From: Xylanibacter ruminicola 23
GTDB taxonomy: Bacteria; Bacteroidota; Bacteroidia; Bacteroidales; Bacteroidaceae
Assembly (NCBI RefSeq): GCF_000025925.1
Contig: NC_014033.1
Coordinates: 1,440,001 to 1,472,000, forward strand
Direction: 5' to 3'
Length of the DNA: 32,000 nucleotides
The notes under the pieces: model-generated
The model's database searches: none
The model's input: the letters and a program-made list of their open reading frames with translations, nothing else
Told to the model about the DNA's origin: nothing
Position numbers and translations under genes: made by a program
Part shown: piece by piece, positions 30,928 to 32,000 of the stretch
How positions within the stretch are numbered: the stretch's first letter is position 1
How the letters are laid out: every line of letters starts with the position of its first letter

Positions 30928-32000
30928 ATGACATTAGAGATTGTTTTACAACTTTTAGGCTCGCTCGCACTACTTATTTATGGCATGAAGACCATGAGCG
31001 ACGCCCTACAGAAAATGGCAGGATCAGGATTACGACATATTCTTGGGCGAATGACCACAAACCGATTAACCGGCATGCTTACTGGCACATTTGTTACCTG
31101 CGCCGTACAGTCGTCGTCGGCCACTACAGTCATGACGGTATCGTTCGTGAGTGCCGGACTGCTCACGCTGGCACAAGCCATCTCGGTTATCATGGGTGCC
31201 AATATCGGTACCACGCTTACAGCTTGGATCATGTCGCTGGGTTATAATTTTAACCTGAGTGTAGTGGTTTTCCCCGCCTTCCTGGTGGGCATGGTGCTCA
31301 TCTATAAAAAGCGCCATCGCTATGCAGGCGAATTCCTTTTCGGATTGGCGTTTCTGTTCTGGTCGCTCGTTATGCTGAGCGGCGCTGGTAAGGCTATGGA
31401 CCTGCAGCACAATGCCCAGGTGGTAAGCTTCTTTTCATCGTTCGATACCAGCAGCTATCTCACCATTTTTATCTTCCTGATTGCAGGCACACTCATCACC
31501 TGCATCGTACAGTCGTCGGCAGCCGTCATGGCCATCACCATCCTACTCTGCTCTACGGGCGTACTGCCTATCTATATGGGTATAGCCCTGGTGATGGGCG
31601 AAAACATCGGCACCACGGCTACGGCCAACCTGGCAGCACTCGGAGCAGGCATCGAAGCCCGACGCGCAGCATTAGCCCACCTGCTGTTTAATATGTTCGG
31701 TGTGGTGTGGGTGCTGATAGTTTTCTACCCGTTCGTAGATCTGGTGTGCAGCATCGTTGGCTACAATCCTGCTATAGGCTCACAAACAGCGCTTCTGCCG
31801 GTGGTACTGGCCATGTTCCATACATGTTTCAATGTGCTTAATACCGCTCTGCTCATCGGTTTCATCCCGCAGATGGAGCGCATCGTGTGCCGTTTGCTGC
31901 CCGACCGCCAGCTTACCAAACCCAACGCCACCCTGCACTTTATCGATGGCGGCGTAATGGCAACGCCCGAAATATCCGTCATGCAGGCACAAAAGGAGAT
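30928..32000 (+). CDS. Na/Pi cotransporter family protein (NptA/YjbB-like), 3'-truncated by the window edge
   Basis: It is not in the ORF track because no stop is reached. My own translation from ATG 30928 reads MTLEIVLQLLGSLALLIYGMKTMSDALQKMAGSGLRHILG...CAVQSSSATTVM...GANIGTT, and the second repeat reads CIVQSSAAVMAI...GENIGTT. These are the duplicated Na_Pi_cotrans motifs. Confidence 0.8.
   Translation, partial: MTLEIVLQLLGSLALLIYGMKTMSDALQKMAGSGLRHILGRMTTNRLTGMLTGTFVTCAVQSSSATTVMTVSFVSAGLLTLAQAISVIMGANIGTTLTAWIMSLGYNFNLSVVVFPAFLVGMVLIYKKRHRYAGEFLFGLAFLFWSLVMLSGAGKAMDLQHNAQVVSFFSSFDTSSYLTIFIFLIAGTLITCIVQSSAAVMAITILLCSTGVLPIYMGIALVMGENIGTTATANLAALGAGIEARRAALAHLLFNMFGVVWVLIVFYPFVDLVCSIVGYNPAIGSQTALLPVVLAMFHTCFNVLNTALLIGFIPQMERIVCRLLPDRQLTKPNATLHFIDGGVMATPEISVMQAQKE

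Noticed and set aside
1-32000. CRISPR arrays, transposons or IS elements, prophage remnants, toxin-antitoxin pairs and known defence operons.
   Set aside because: I scanned the intergenic regions and the ORF list. There are no regularly spaced direct repeats, no transposase, integrase or recombinase-like ORFs, no small paired ORFs typical of TA modules, and no restriction-modification, Cas, Abi or STAND-type gene sets.

Overview
This window reads as a chromosomal segment of a Bacteroidota genome, most like Prevotella/Segatella. That assignment is an inference from three things: TAnnTTTG -7 promoter boxes upstream of 11 transcription units, A-rich spacers without Shine-Dalgarno sequences, and the gene content (T9SS C-terminal sorting domain, TonB-dependent receptor, methylmalonyl-CoA decarboxylase genes, PFOR). 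I call 24 protein-coding genes, two of them cut by the window edges, plus two identical tandem tRNA-Arg(ACG) genes and several clean rho-independent terminators. The genes in window order are:
- htpG (partial)
- a minus-strand operon of three paralogous double-Cache sensor proteins, only one of which is a complete histidine kinase
- a small sigma-70-family factor
- tRNA-Arg x2
- a tightly packed minus-strand run: C10 cysteine peptidase (T9SS cargo), NfeD, SPFH/stomatin, dapA, AraC regulator
- a TonB-dependent receptor
- a large LruC-domain lipoprotein
- mce, mmdA, a 50-aa ORF and a biotin carrier
- an orphan ATP-grasp protein
- a COG1373-type AAA ATPase
- PFOR (nifJ)
- a secreted alpha/beta hydrolase
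- a LysR regulator divergent from a small TM+RCK_C protein coupled to a ThrE-family exporter
- a Na/Pi cotransporter (partial)

I see no CRISPR array, transposase, integrase, phage genes or recognisable defence system. Most of the window is ordinary core genome. The items I think most deserve a second look are:
- the three-gene Cache 'domain staircase' sensor operon with a His-less DHp paralogue
- the LysR / stand-alone RCK_C / ThrE exporter module with repeated operator-like sequences
- the LruC lipoprotein with a possible beta-trefoil insert
- the methylmalonyl-CoA decarboxylase cluster, which lacks its Na+-pumping beta subunit and carries an unlisted 50-aa ORF
- the orphan ATP-grasp enzyme

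All homology statements rest on motif recognition by eye. No database search was run.
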